NCBI GenBank assembly: GCA_007124345.1
Contig: SLFH01000194.1
Location: forward strand, 1-29,373
From: Phycisphaerales bacterium
Lineage (GTDB): Bacteria > Planctomycetota > Phycisphaerae > Phycisphaerales > UBA1924
Length of the DNA stretch: 29,373 bases
Reading direction: 5' to 3'
This document shows, piece after piece, positions 1-8,215 of this stretch; within the stretch, counting starts at the first letter, position 1; each line of letters opens with the position of its first letter. The position numbers were made by a program, and so were the translations under genes. The notes beneath the pieces are model-generated. The model did no database searches and was not told the DNA's origin. It worked only from the letters and a program-made list of their open reading frames with translations.

Positions 1-107
1 CCGAGCTCGCCGAGGCCGGGTTCGAGGTCCGGTCGATGTCGCTCCGCCCGCAGCCGGAGCGGCCGAACCCGGGGTGCACGATCGTCACCGTCGCTTCGCG
101 GGCGTGA
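1..107 (+). CDS. C-terminal fragment of a CDS running in from the left edge; possibly a class I SAM-dependent methyltransferase
   Basis: Frame from nt 3 reads ELAEAGFEVRSMSLRPQPERPNPGCTIVTVASRA* (TGA 105-107) and converges on rdgB. The L.EAGF.V...terminal-strand pattern is typical of methyltransferase C-termini, but only 34 residues are visible. Confidence 0.4.
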   Translation, partial: ELAEAGFEVRSMSLRPQPERPNPGCTIVTVASRA

Positions 108-114
108 CCTCCGC

Positions 115-831
115 TCAGCGCTCCGCCCGCATCGCCCCGATCCGCTCGACCATCGCCCTCGCCGCTTTGCCCCGGTGGCTCAGCCGGTTCTTCTCTTCGG
201 GAGAGAGTTCGGCGCTCGTCCGCGTGCCTGCTCCGGCTTGGGGCTCCGTCAGCAGCAGCAGGGGGTCGTATCCGAAGCCGCCGCCTCCCCGCGGCACCAC
301 CAACTCCATCCGCCCGCCCGCCTCGGCCTCGGGCAGGCCGATCCGCCCCTCGAACTCGCCCCGCGAGGTCAGCACAACTTGCGGCGGGTCGCCCGGCATC
401 GCCAGCGCCATCACGCAGACGAACCGGGCCGTGCGACGCTCGAGCGGCACGCCCTTGAGGTCTTCCAGAAGCTTGCGGTTGTTGGCCCCGTCGCGTTCCT
501 CGCGGTGCAGGCCTGTTTCGGCCCCGCCCGTGGAGTAGTGGCTGCTGATGACGCCCGGCCTGCCGCCCAGAGCGTCGACCTCCAGCCCCGAGTCGTCGGC
601 GAGGCAGGGCAGGTCGGTCTGCGCGGCGTACCCAATCGCCTTGAGCCTCGCGTTGCCCTCGAACGAGCCCCGCTCGTCGTGGTGTTCCTCGGGCTCGGTC
701 AGGCGGTCGGCCCCGGGCAGGTCGGCCAGGCCGAGCACTTCCGGCCCGCCTTCGTCCATCGCCTCGGCGAGGATCGACCGGAGCTCTTCGACCTTTTTCG
801 GGTTGCCCGTCGCGATCACGATCCGGCGCAT
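115..831 (-). CDS. rdgB: Non-canonical purine NTP pyrophosphatase (RdgB/HAM1 family)
   Basis: Motifs IATGNPKKVEE, SFEGNARLKA, LADDSGLEVDALGGRPGVISS, GGGGFGYDP and KNRLSHRGKA. Start set at ATG 831, preceded by a GGAGG Shine-Dalgarno (SD) site. Confidence 0.93.
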   Translation of the reverse strand: MRRIVIATGNPKKVEELRSILAEAMDEGGPEVLGLADLPGADRLTEPEEHHDERGSFEGNARLKAIGYAAQTDLPCLADDSGLEVDALGGRPGVISSHYSTGGAETGLHREERDGANNRKLLEDLKGVPLERRTARFVCVMALAMPGDPPQVVLTSRGEFEGRIGLPEAEAGGRMELVVPRGGGGFGYDPLLLLTEPQAGAGTRTSAELSPEEKNRLSHRGKAARAMVERIGAMRAER

Positions 832-917
832 GGCGGCCTCCTGCAAGCAGCCCCTACCGTAGCGACCGAGCGAACGCCCCATCGGCGAACACCAGCCCCA
901 GGAGAGCAGGACCGCAC

Positions 918-2093
918 ATGAGCAGCGAACGAGGCAGCGTGGCCGGATCCGCGGCAGACAGGCTCGAAGCCGCGCGGGCCGACGGTCTGGACCGCTTCCC
1001 CGCCCTCGTCGGCTTCGACGGGTTTGTCGACGCGATCATCCACGTCGTCGGCAGCAGGCGGTCGATGGACGACGAGGACTACCAGCGCATCGCGACCATC
1101 CCCGAGTTCGCCGCCCGCTGCGGCGGGGCCGCGGGCAAGAGCACCAACATCGAGCTCTTCGTGCGGGAAGAACGCTTCGGGGGCAACGGCCCGCTGATGG
1201 CCGGGGCGCTCGGACGCCTCGGCATGCCCGTCACCTTCATCGGGGCGGTGGGGGAGGAAGACGGGTCCGACAAAGTCGCCGAGGTCTTTCAGCCTTTCGC
1301 CGAGCGCTGCCGCGAGGTGATCCCCGTCGCCTCGCCAGGGCACACCGACGCGTTGGAGTTCGAAGACGGCAAGATCATGCTCGGCAAGCCCCAAGCGGTG
1401 CAGGCCGTCACTTGGGACCGCTTGGTCGAACGCGTCGGCGAAGACGAGCTCCGCAAACGCGTCGAGGACGCCAAGCTCCTGGGCATCGTCAACTGGACGC
1501 TCTGCGGCGGCGTGCAGGGGATCTGGAAAGGTCTCCGCGAGCATGTGCTGCCCAAGATCGAGCCCGACCCGGATCGCCGCCTCTTCGTCGACCTGTCCGA
1601 CCCCGCCAAACGCACCGACGACGACATCCGCTCGGCGCTTGAGGAACTGGGCAAGCTGAACGAATCGGTGCGCGTCACGCTCGGGCTCAACCGCGCCGAG
1701 GGGGAACGGATCGCCCGCGTGCTCGGCCTCGACGCCTTCGACGACGCGCACAACTACCCGCTCGGCTCGGTCATGCGCCGCGGGGCGGCGGCCATCCGCG
1801 AAGAACTCGGCCTCGCATGCGTCGTCGTGCACCCCCGCGAGGGCGCCGCGGCCGCCAACGCCGAGCACAACGCGTGGTTCGAAGGCCCCTTCACCTCCTC
1901 GCCCCGCCTCTCGACCGGGGCGGGCGACCACTTCAACGGCGGGTTCTCATTCGCACAGGCCCTCGGGCTCGATCTGGAACAGTCGCTGGCGGTCGGCACC
2001 GCCGTCAGCGGGGCGTATGTCCGCGACGCGATCTCGCCCGATCTCGACCGCCTGATCGGCTTCCTGCGCGATCTCCCGGCCCCGGAGCGTTGA
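918..2093 (+). CDS. PfkB/ribokinase-family carbohydrate kinase, substrate unknown
   Basis: N-terminal GFDGFVD, GGNGPLMAGAL substrate motif, and C-terminal anion-hole motif STGAGDHFNGGF. Confidence 0.8.
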   Translation: MSSERGSVAGSAADRLEAARADGLDRFPALVGFDGFVDAIIHVVGSRRSMDDEDYQRIATIPEFAARCGGAAGKSTNIELFVREERFGGNGPLMAGALGRLGMPVTFIGAVGEEDGSDKVAEVFQPFAERCREVIPVASPGHTDALEFEDGKIMLGKPQAVQAVTWDRLVERVGEDELRKRVEDAKLLGIVNWTLCGGVQGIWKGLREHVLPKIEPDPDRRLFVDLSDPAKRTDDDIRSALEELGKLNESVRVTLGLNRAEGERIARVLGLDAFDDAHNYPLGSVMRRGAAAIREELGLACVVVHPREGAAAANAEHNAWFEGPFTSSPRLSTGAGDHFNGGFSFAQALGLDLEQSLAVGTAVSGAYVRDAISPDLDRLIGFLRDLPAPER

Positions 2094-2168
2094 ACCGGGC
2101 TCGGCCGGAGGGGCTCCCGCCGATAACGCGCCGCCGATCCGCCCTTGGGTGTCTAGAGTTTGGCCCCG

Positions 2169-3695
2169 ATGCGCGGCCTCATGCAACAACTCGGTCTTGA
2201 AGAACACCCCCGCGTCGTCGACGCTGGGCGTGCCGAGCCCGGCCCGGGCGTCGTCCTGAGCATCAATCCCGCCGCCGGAGAGCCGATCGCGGGCGTGAAG
2301 CTCGACGACGCGAAGGGGCTCCAGCGGGTGATCGGGAATGCCGCCGAGGCGTTCGACCAGTGGCGACGCGTCCCGGCCCCGGTGCGGGGTCAGTTGGTGC
2401 GCGAGGTCGCCGATGAACTGCGAAGGTTCAAAGAGCCTCTTGGCGAGCTGATCGCGCTGGAAGTCGGCAAGATACGCTCCGAGGGCCTCGGCGAGGTCCA
2501 GGAAACCATCGACATCGCCGATTTCGCCGTCGGCCTCTCCCGCCAGCTCCACGGCATCACTATGCCCAGCGAGCGCCCCGGGCACGCGATGCGCGAGCAG
2601 TGGCTCCCCCTCGGGCCCGTCGGCGTCATCACAGCCTTCAACTTCCCCCACGCCGTGTGGGGATGGAACGCGATGCTCGCGGCCGTCTGCGGCGACTCGA
2701 TCCTCTGGAAGCCGAGCCTCATGGCGCCGCTCACCGCGATCGCAACGACCGAGATCGCCCGACGTGTCTGCGAGCGCAACAGCGCGCCGGACATATTCGG
2801 GTTGGTCATCGGGACCGACGATGTCGTGGGCGAACCGATGGTCAAGGACAAACGCCTGCCCCTGATCTCCGCGACCGGGTCGTGCCGCATGGGACGGCGC
2901 GTCGCATCGCTCGTCGGCGAGCGGCTGGGGCGTTCGCTGCTCGAACTCGGCGGCAACAACGCGATGATCGTCGACGCCGACGCGGACATGGACCTTGCGC
3001 TGCGTGCCGTGCTCTTCGGTGCCGTCGGCACCGCGGGCCAGCGATGCACCACGACCCGCCGCCTGATCGTGCACGAGTCGATCGCCGACGAGTTCCTCGC
3101 CCGCCTCGCCAAGGCCTACGCGAAGGTGAAGATCGGCGACCCGCTCGCCGAGGGCGTGCTGATGGGCCCGCTCATCAACGATGACGCGGCGATCGCCTTC
3201 GAGAAGGCCGTCAAGACCGCGACCGACCAGGGCGGCAAGGTCGTCTGCGGCGGCGCCCGCGCGGATGTGAAGGGCCTGAAGGGGGCTTTCGTCCAGCCGA
3301 CGATCGTGCGAGCGCCCAAGAACAACGAGCTGCCGATCTCGCGCGAGGAGACCTTTGCGCCGATCCTGTATGTCTTTACATTCAAGGAACTGGACGAGGC
3401 GATCGCGCTGAACAACAGCGTCGACCAAGGCCTCTCCAGCGCGATCTGCACCGGCTCGGCCCGCGCCGCCGAATGCTTCCTCTCCCCCGACGGGACGGGC
3501 AGCGACTGCGGGCTGGCCTATGTGAACACCAGCACGAGCGGCGCCGAGATCGGCGGGGCTTTCGGCGGCGAGAAAGACACCGGGGGCGGTCGGGAGTCCG
3601 GTTCCGACGCGTGGAAGGCATACATGCGCCGTCAGACATGCACAGTCAACTTCAGCGGGGCGTTCGAGCTCGCCCAGGGGATCCGCTTTGAGTAG
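2169..3695 (+). CDS. Aldehyde dehydrogenase of the ALDH7/antiquitin type (aminoadipate-semialdehyde dehydrogenase-like)
   Basis: Motifs GVITAFNFP, WKPS, SATGS, LELGGNNA, catalytic GTAGQRCTT, EETFAP, GAEIGGAFGGEKDTGGGRESGSDAWK. Start is ATG 2169 or 2181 (the track uses TTG 2160). Confidence 0.9.
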   Translation: MRGLMQQLGLEEHPRVVDAGRAEPGPGVVLSINPAAGEPIAGVKLDDAKGLQRVIGNAAEAFDQWRRVPAPVRGQLVREVADELRRFKEPLGELIALEVGKIRSEGLGEVQETIDIADFAVGLSRQLHGITMPSERPGHAMREQWLPLGPVGVITAFNFPHAVWGWNAMLAAVCGDSILWKPSLMAPLTAIATTEIARRVCERNSAPDIFGLVIGTDDVVGEPMVKDKRLPLISATGSCRMGRRVASLVGERLGRSLLELGGNNAMIVDADADMDLALRAVLFGAVGTAGQRCTTTRRLIVHESIADEFLARLAKAYAKVKIGDPLAEGVLMGPLINDDAAIAFEKAVKTATDQGGKVVCGGARADVKGLKGAFVQPTIVRAPKNNELPISREETFAPILYVFTFKELDEAIALNNSVDQGLSSAICTGSARAAECFLSPDGTGSDCGLAYVNTSTSGAEIGGAFGGEKDTGGGRESGSDAWKAYMRRQTCTVNFSGAFELAQGIRFE

Positions 3696-4404
3696 TGAGG
3701 CCAGAACCGCGGACGCGCTGGCGGAAGCCGCCGTCAGAGAGATCGAATCGGGCATGCTCGTCGGCCTCGGCACCGGACGCGCCGCCAAGCGCGGCATCCA
3801 CGCCCTCGCCGACCGCGTCAAAAACGAAAACCTCAAGGTGCAGTGCGTGCCGACGAGCAACGGCTCGGAGGCGCTGGCCAAGGAGCTCGGACTCGAACTC
3901 GTCGACTTCGCCCTCGTCGAGAAGATCGACTACCTCTTCGACGGCGCCGATGAGGTCGACAAAGAGCTCCGCGTGCTGAAGGGCAGCGGGGGGGCCATGA
4001 CCCGCGAACGAATCGTCGCGTGGGCCGCAGACCGCGTCGTCTACATGGTCGATGATTCCAAGCTCGTCGACCGCCTCGGCCGCAACAACACCCTCGCCAT
4101 CGCCGTCCTCGCCTTCGGCCTCACCGCCATCCGCTCCGAGCTCCGCGCGATGGGCCTCATCGGCGTCTGCCGGCGAGACATGAACGGCGACCTCTTCATC
4201 ACCGACAACGGTAATCTCATCCTCGATGTCACACTCGAAGACGACGCCGACCTCGAACGGATCAGCGCCGCGCTCAATGACATCCCGGGCGTGATCGACC
4301 ACGGCCTCTTCCTCTACGAGGCCGACGAGGTCCTCGTTGATCGTGGCGAGGGCAAGATCGAGCGATTGATCCGCCCAGAGGAAGAAGACCAAGAGCACGG
4401 CTGA
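3688..4404 (+). CDS. rpiA: Ribose-5-phosphate isomerase A
   Basis: Motifs VGLGTG, FDGADEVD, LKGSGGAMTRE, ITDNGNLILD, IPGVIDHGLF. The TTG start overlaps the ALDH stop and has AGGGG 7 nt upstream. Confidence 0.9.
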   Translation: MSSEARTADALAEAAVREIESGMLVGLGTGRAAKRGIHALADRVKNENLKVQCVPTSNGSEALAKELGLELVDFALVEKIDYLFDGADEVDKELRVLKGSGGAMTRERIVAWAADRVVYMVDDSKLVDRLGRNNTLAIAVLAFGLTAIRSELRAMGLIGVCRRDMNGDLFITDNGNLILDVTLEDDADLERISAALNDIPGVIDHGLFLYEADEVLVDRGEGKIERLIRPEEEDQEHG

Positions 4405-4428
4405 TCCGCACAGCCTGAAGGGCGGCCC

Positions 4429-6024
4429 TCACGCCGCCCGCCGCGCCGCTGCCGCATCTGTCCCGCTCAGGCGGACCTCCAGCGCTACCATCGACGCGAC
4501 CTCTGTGTACACGCCGTCGTCGCTGTAATGGATGTCCCGCCGCACGATCCTCACAGTCTCGAGCACAGGATCACCCAGTCGCAGCTTCGGCCCCTTCGCC
4601 ATAAACCAAAGGTGGGGCGGGGGTGGGGGCACGCCGAGGAACCAGCGCCGCCGACCAGCGCAGTTCTTCAGAAACTTCACCACAAACCGCTCCATCCGCT
4701 CTGCAGCGATGTCGTCGCGCCGTCGGTCGCCGTGCGAGTCCAGCAGCGCGGCCATCTCGCACGGATCTTCGCCGGCCCTTTCGATCCGCTCCGCCAAGTC
4801 GGCCAGCTCCCGTCCGCGCCGCGTGTGGCACCCGCACGCCCCGACCAGCGTCGGCGCCTCGCACAGAAACCCGAAGCGGCTCTGCGCGAACGCGAGGTCG
4901 TACGGCGCCCACCAGTTCCGCGGCACCTCAACCACCCGTCCCCCGGGCAGCACCGCCTCGACCTCGAACAGGTGCGTCAGGCGCGTGTCGCACCACGCGA
5001 GCCCGATCGGCCTCAGCCACAGGGGCGAAAGCGCACACGCCGCTACCCCCAGCACGAGCGCCGCGGGCCCGAACGCCCCGCCGACCGCCCCCGCAGGCAT
5101 CGCCACAAGCACCCCGACAAGCGCCCCGTTGAACACGACCCACTTCCAGAAGCAGATCCCCGTCAACAGAAAGATCCCCGCGTGCATCGCCGAAGCGGCG
5201 ACCAGCAGCCCGATCGCAACATCACTGTGGGCGAACACCAGCACCGCCCCGACCTCGATCGCCAGCGTCCCCCACAGCATCGGTCCGTTCACCCGGCGCA
5301 CCAGCCTGATCACGCGGGCAAACCCCGCGTCGCTCAGCCCCAGCCGCCATCCGTGCAGGCGGCACGACGCCGCGAGATTGCTCAGCCGGTTCTCGCTCGC
5401 CCACCACCCGGGCCTCGGCCCGACGCGAAGCTTCGCGATCCCCGGCACGAGGTAGCTCGACGCGAACACGCACAACAGCACGAAGACCCACGCCGCCGGC
5501 GCCACCGGCATCACGCCCGACACCGCACCCAGCGCCGCGATGGCGATCAGGCCGTCGGTCGCCAGCCGCCCGTCGGTTGTGCTCAGGGGGATGGGCATCG
5601 TCCGGTCCAGGACCGCCCGCTGCAGCAGGAGCATCGCGATCAGCGCGACGCCGAACCCGGGCGAGAACCACAGGCCGACGAGCAGCCCGACGCACAGCAG
5701 CCGCTCGACCGCGTGCGTCCGTTCCGTCCACGGGTTCAGGTGCGAGAACGCCGCGCCCCAGACCAAGGGCCCCGCGATCACCACCGACGCCGCACGCAGC
5801 ACCGCCCCCGCATCGCCCGCGGGCCAGCCGCCAAGAGCGACGCCCAGCGCCGCCAAGAGCCCAATCACACCCCACGCCACCGGACACGTCCGGACCGCCT
5901 GCAGAAGCAGCCACCGGTCGCCCAGCGACTCCTGGCGCACGCTCGCGGCGACCGCGCACAGCCCGGCCAACGGCCGGAACAGGAGGATCGCCGTCACGAT
6001 GGCGAGCGTGTCAAGAAGACTCAT
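4429..6024 (-). CDS. Polytopic membrane protein, HTTM-like N-terminal region plus soluble C-terminal domain; function unknown
   Basis: About 10 hydrophobic segments. YLVPGIAKL resembles the HTTM Y..AG..KL motif; GICFWKWVVFN also present. Start is uncertain (6024 or 6063). Confidence 0.65.
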   Translation of the reverse strand: MSLLDTLAIVTAILLFRPLAGLCAVAASVRQESLGDRWLLLQAVRTCPVAWGVIGLLAALGVALGGWPAGDAGAVLRAASVVIAGPLVWGAAFSHLNPWTERTHAVERLLCVGLLVGLWFSPGFGVALIAMLLLQRAVLDRTMPIPLSTTDGRLATDGLIAIAALGAVSGVMPVAPAAWVFVLLCVFASSYLVPGIAKLRVGPRPGWWASENRLSNLAASCRLHGWRLGLSDAGFARVIRLVRRVNGPMLWGTLAIEVGAVLVFAHSDVAIGLLVAASAMHAGIFLLTGICFWKWVVFNGALVGVLVAMPAGAVGGAFGPAALVLGVAACALSPLWLRPIGLAWCDTRLTHLFEVEAVLPGGRVVEVPRNWWAPYDLAFAQSRFGFLCEAPTLVGACGCHTRRGRELADLAERIERAGEDPCEMAALLDSHGDRRRDDIAAERMERFVVKFLKNCAGRRRWFLGVPPPPPHLWFMAKGPKLRLGDPVLETVRIVRRDIHYSDDGVYTEVASMVALEVRLSGTDAAAARRAA

Positions 6025-6114
6025 CACCGCTACAGATCGGCCCCGCGAGGCCAGGGGATCCACTTTGCGTCGCGCCCCAAGCCCGGACCCCGCGCCCCGC
6101 TTCCCGCTCTCGCC

Positions 6115-6597
6115 TCAAAGCGGCTTGTCGAACAGGACCGCCACGCCCTCGCCCGGCCGGGCGCGAAACCCCAGCGCCGCGTGCGCCGCCGGAGACTCGG
6201 GATACTCCGGCGTGGTGTCGCTGCTGAGCGTGCGGCAACCCCGCTCTCGCGCCCAACGCTCGGCCTCGGACAACAGCATCCTCCCGACACCCCTGCGCCG
6301 CGCCGAAGGCTCGACGAACCACGCTTCGATGTGCGCCCTGCGCTCCTCGGGCCTTCCCGCCAGCCCTACCTCGATCACACCGATCGGGGCGCCGTGATCG
6401 ATCGCGAGAAACACGCCGTGCGCTCGCCCGTCAAGCTCCCCAGAGCTCAGGTAGTCTGCCGCCTCTTGCCTCAGCTCGTCGAACGCTTCGCGAGGCCAGA
6501 GCGCCAAACGCATCTGCGCCCACGCCGAGAGCGTCGTCGCGTCAGGGCGGACGATGTCAACGCGTTCACTACTGTCCCTGCGCAAGGCTGTAGCCAC
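6115..6597 (-). CDS. GNAT acetyltransferase resembling the aminoglycoside 6'-N-acetyltransferase AAC(6')-I group
   Basis: W..MRLALWP, IEAWFVEPSARRRGVG acetyl-CoA motif, LSSDT.....S...HAALGF. The start is uncertain: GTG 6597 overlaps the icd end and has no well-spaced SD. Confidence 0.75.
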   Translation of the reverse strand: MATALRRDSSERVDIVRPDATTLSAWAQMRLALWPREAFDELRQEAADYLSSGELDGRAHGVFLAIDHGAPIGVIEVGLAGRPEERRAHIEAWFVEPSARRRGVGRMLLSEAERWARERGCRTLSSDTTPEYPESPAAHAALGFRARPGEGVAVLFDKPL

Positions 6598-8056
6598 GCT
6601 CCCCGTCGTAGGTCTTCAGCATCTGGCACTCGACCACCTCAACAGTCGCGGCGATCCGCCCCGCAAGCTCCAGGCACTCGACGCACCCGATGCGGGCCAC
6701 CGTTTGCTCTTTGCGCAGAAGGAACCTCGCCCGGTAATGGTCCACGCACTCGGTGAAGGTCGAGCCGGTCGGCCAGACCTGCGTCCCGCGGTTGGACATC
6801 ATCGAAAGACGGAACGGCGTCCCCTCGACCGCCGCGGCAAGACGCTCGGCGAGCCCCGCGGGCCCGAGATCGCTCTCAACATAGATATCCGCGCCGACAT
6901 GCTCGACTCGGGCTTCTGTAAACACGCCGAGCATGGTGTTCGTCATAGGCGGCTGCGGGCGAACAAGCGATGGAGCCGAGGGGAGCGAGTCAGGTTCGAC
7001 GACCGCGCGCGATTCGGGCTTCCGCCCCAGGTTCGACGCGATGGCGTCGGCGAATCCCCGCGTCCCGACCGCCTCGGTCGACGGGTCCCCGAAGTCGCCG
7101 GTCCGCACGCCGCTCTCGAGCGTCACCAGCAGCGCGTTCTCGATCAGCGCCGCCTGGCGGAGCATCCCGATGTGGCGCAGCATCATGATTCCAGACAAGA
7201 GCAGGCTCGTCGGATTCGCCACGCCCTTGCCCGCGATGTCTGGCGCCGTTCCGTGCACCGCCTCGAAGATCGAGACATGCTTGCCGATGTTCGCCGACGG
7301 CGCAAAGCCGAGCCCGCCAACGAGCCCCGCAGCGAGGTCCGACACGATGTCGCCCTGCAGGTTGGGCAGCACGACCATCTTGTAATTCTGCGGCCTGAGC
7401 ACGAGATTCATGCACAACGCATCGATGATCACATCCCCGTGCTCGATGCCCGGGTACTCAGCCGCGACCGACCTGAACCGCTCCAGGAACAGGCCGTCGG
7501 TCATCTTCATGATGTTGGCCTTGTGCCCGCAATAGACCGACTCGATCCCGAGGCGGTCGGCCAGTTCGAACGCCGCCCGGTGCACCTGGTCGCACCCGGG
7601 CGCGGAGATGAGCCGCTTGCACTCGACGACATCCCGCGTCAGCCTGTGCTCGATGCCGCCGTAGGTGTCCTCGATGTTCTCGCGGATCACATAGAAGTCC
7701 ACCGGCACGCCCGCGCGCGAGTAGACCGTCTCGACCCCCGGCAGCGACTGGAAGTGTCTGATGTTCGCGAACGCGCCGTACATCTTGCGAAGCGAGACAT
7801 TGATCGACTTGCCCCCACCGCCTTTGGGCGTCCCCATCGGGCCCTTGTAGACGAGGCCAGTCCGCTCGATCATGCGGACTGTTTCGTCGGTCATCCCGCG
7901 CGTGTCGCGGTCGAACACCGACTCGCCCATCTCGACGGGGACAAACTCGACATGCCCCTCCACGCCCGCGGCACGGAAGATCGACAGCGCCGCGTCCATG
8001 ATCTCCGGGCCGATGCCGTCACCGGGGGCCAGCGCGATTCGGGTCTTCTCGGCCAT
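6569..8056 (-). CDS. icd: Isocitrate dehydrogenase, long dimeric form with C-terminal extension domain
   Basis: Motifs APGDGIGPEI, KSINVSLRK, RENIEDTYGGIE, HKANIMKMTDGLF, LPNLQGDIVSDL, EAVHGTAPDIAG, and C-terminal MMSNRGTQVWP. ATG 8056 is preceded by a purine-rich SD. Confidence 0.9.
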   Translation of the reverse strand: MAEKTRIALAPGDGIGPEIMDAALSIFRAAGVEGHVEFVPVEMGESVFDRDTRGMTDETVRMIERTGLVYKGPMGTPKGGGGKSINVSLRKMYGAFANIRHFQSLPGVETVYSRAGVPVDFYVIRENIEDTYGGIEHRLTRDVVECKRLISAPGCDQVHRAAFELADRLGIESVYCGHKANIMKMTDGLFLERFRSVAAEYPGIEHGDVIIDALCMNLVLRPQNYKMVVLPNLQGDIVSDLAAGLVGGLGFAPSANIGKHVSIFEAVHGTAPDIAGKGVANPTSLLLSGIMMLRHIGMLRQAALIENALLVTLESGVRTGDFGDPSTEAVGTRGFADAIASNLGRKPESRAVVEPDSLPSAPSLVRPQPPMTNTMLGVFTEARVEHVGADIYVESDLGPAGLAERLAAAVEGTPFRLSMMSNRGTQVWPTGSTFTECVDHYRARFLLRKEQTVARIGCVECLELAGRIAATVEVVECQMLKTYDGERGYSLAQGQ

Positions 8057-8215
8057 GGTCGTTCCCTGTCCTTCCTGATCTTTCAAGCCGTTGCTCATGC
8101 CGTCTGTTGTGCCCCGGTTCGGGCGAGGCCGCCGGGACGGAAACCATAGCCGCCGCGCGGGCGCGATCCCGAGGTCGGCTCATCGGCGCGACGCTTCCCG
8201 GACCTGAGACCGAAC

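Noticed and set aside
2118-2125. GCCGATAA, a perfect sigma-28 (FliA) -10 box upstream of ALDH
   Set aside because: No TAAA-like -35 element at the required spacing.
3688-6571. Same AGTAGTGA tandem-stop junction at ALDH/rpiA (about 3691-3698, +) and icd/GNAT (about 6566-6573, -), with the downstream gene open in the shifted frame; considered as programmed frameshift fusions
   Set aside because: There is no slippery heptamer or stimulatory structure, rpiA has a plausible TTG start with an SD, and two short matches can be chance.
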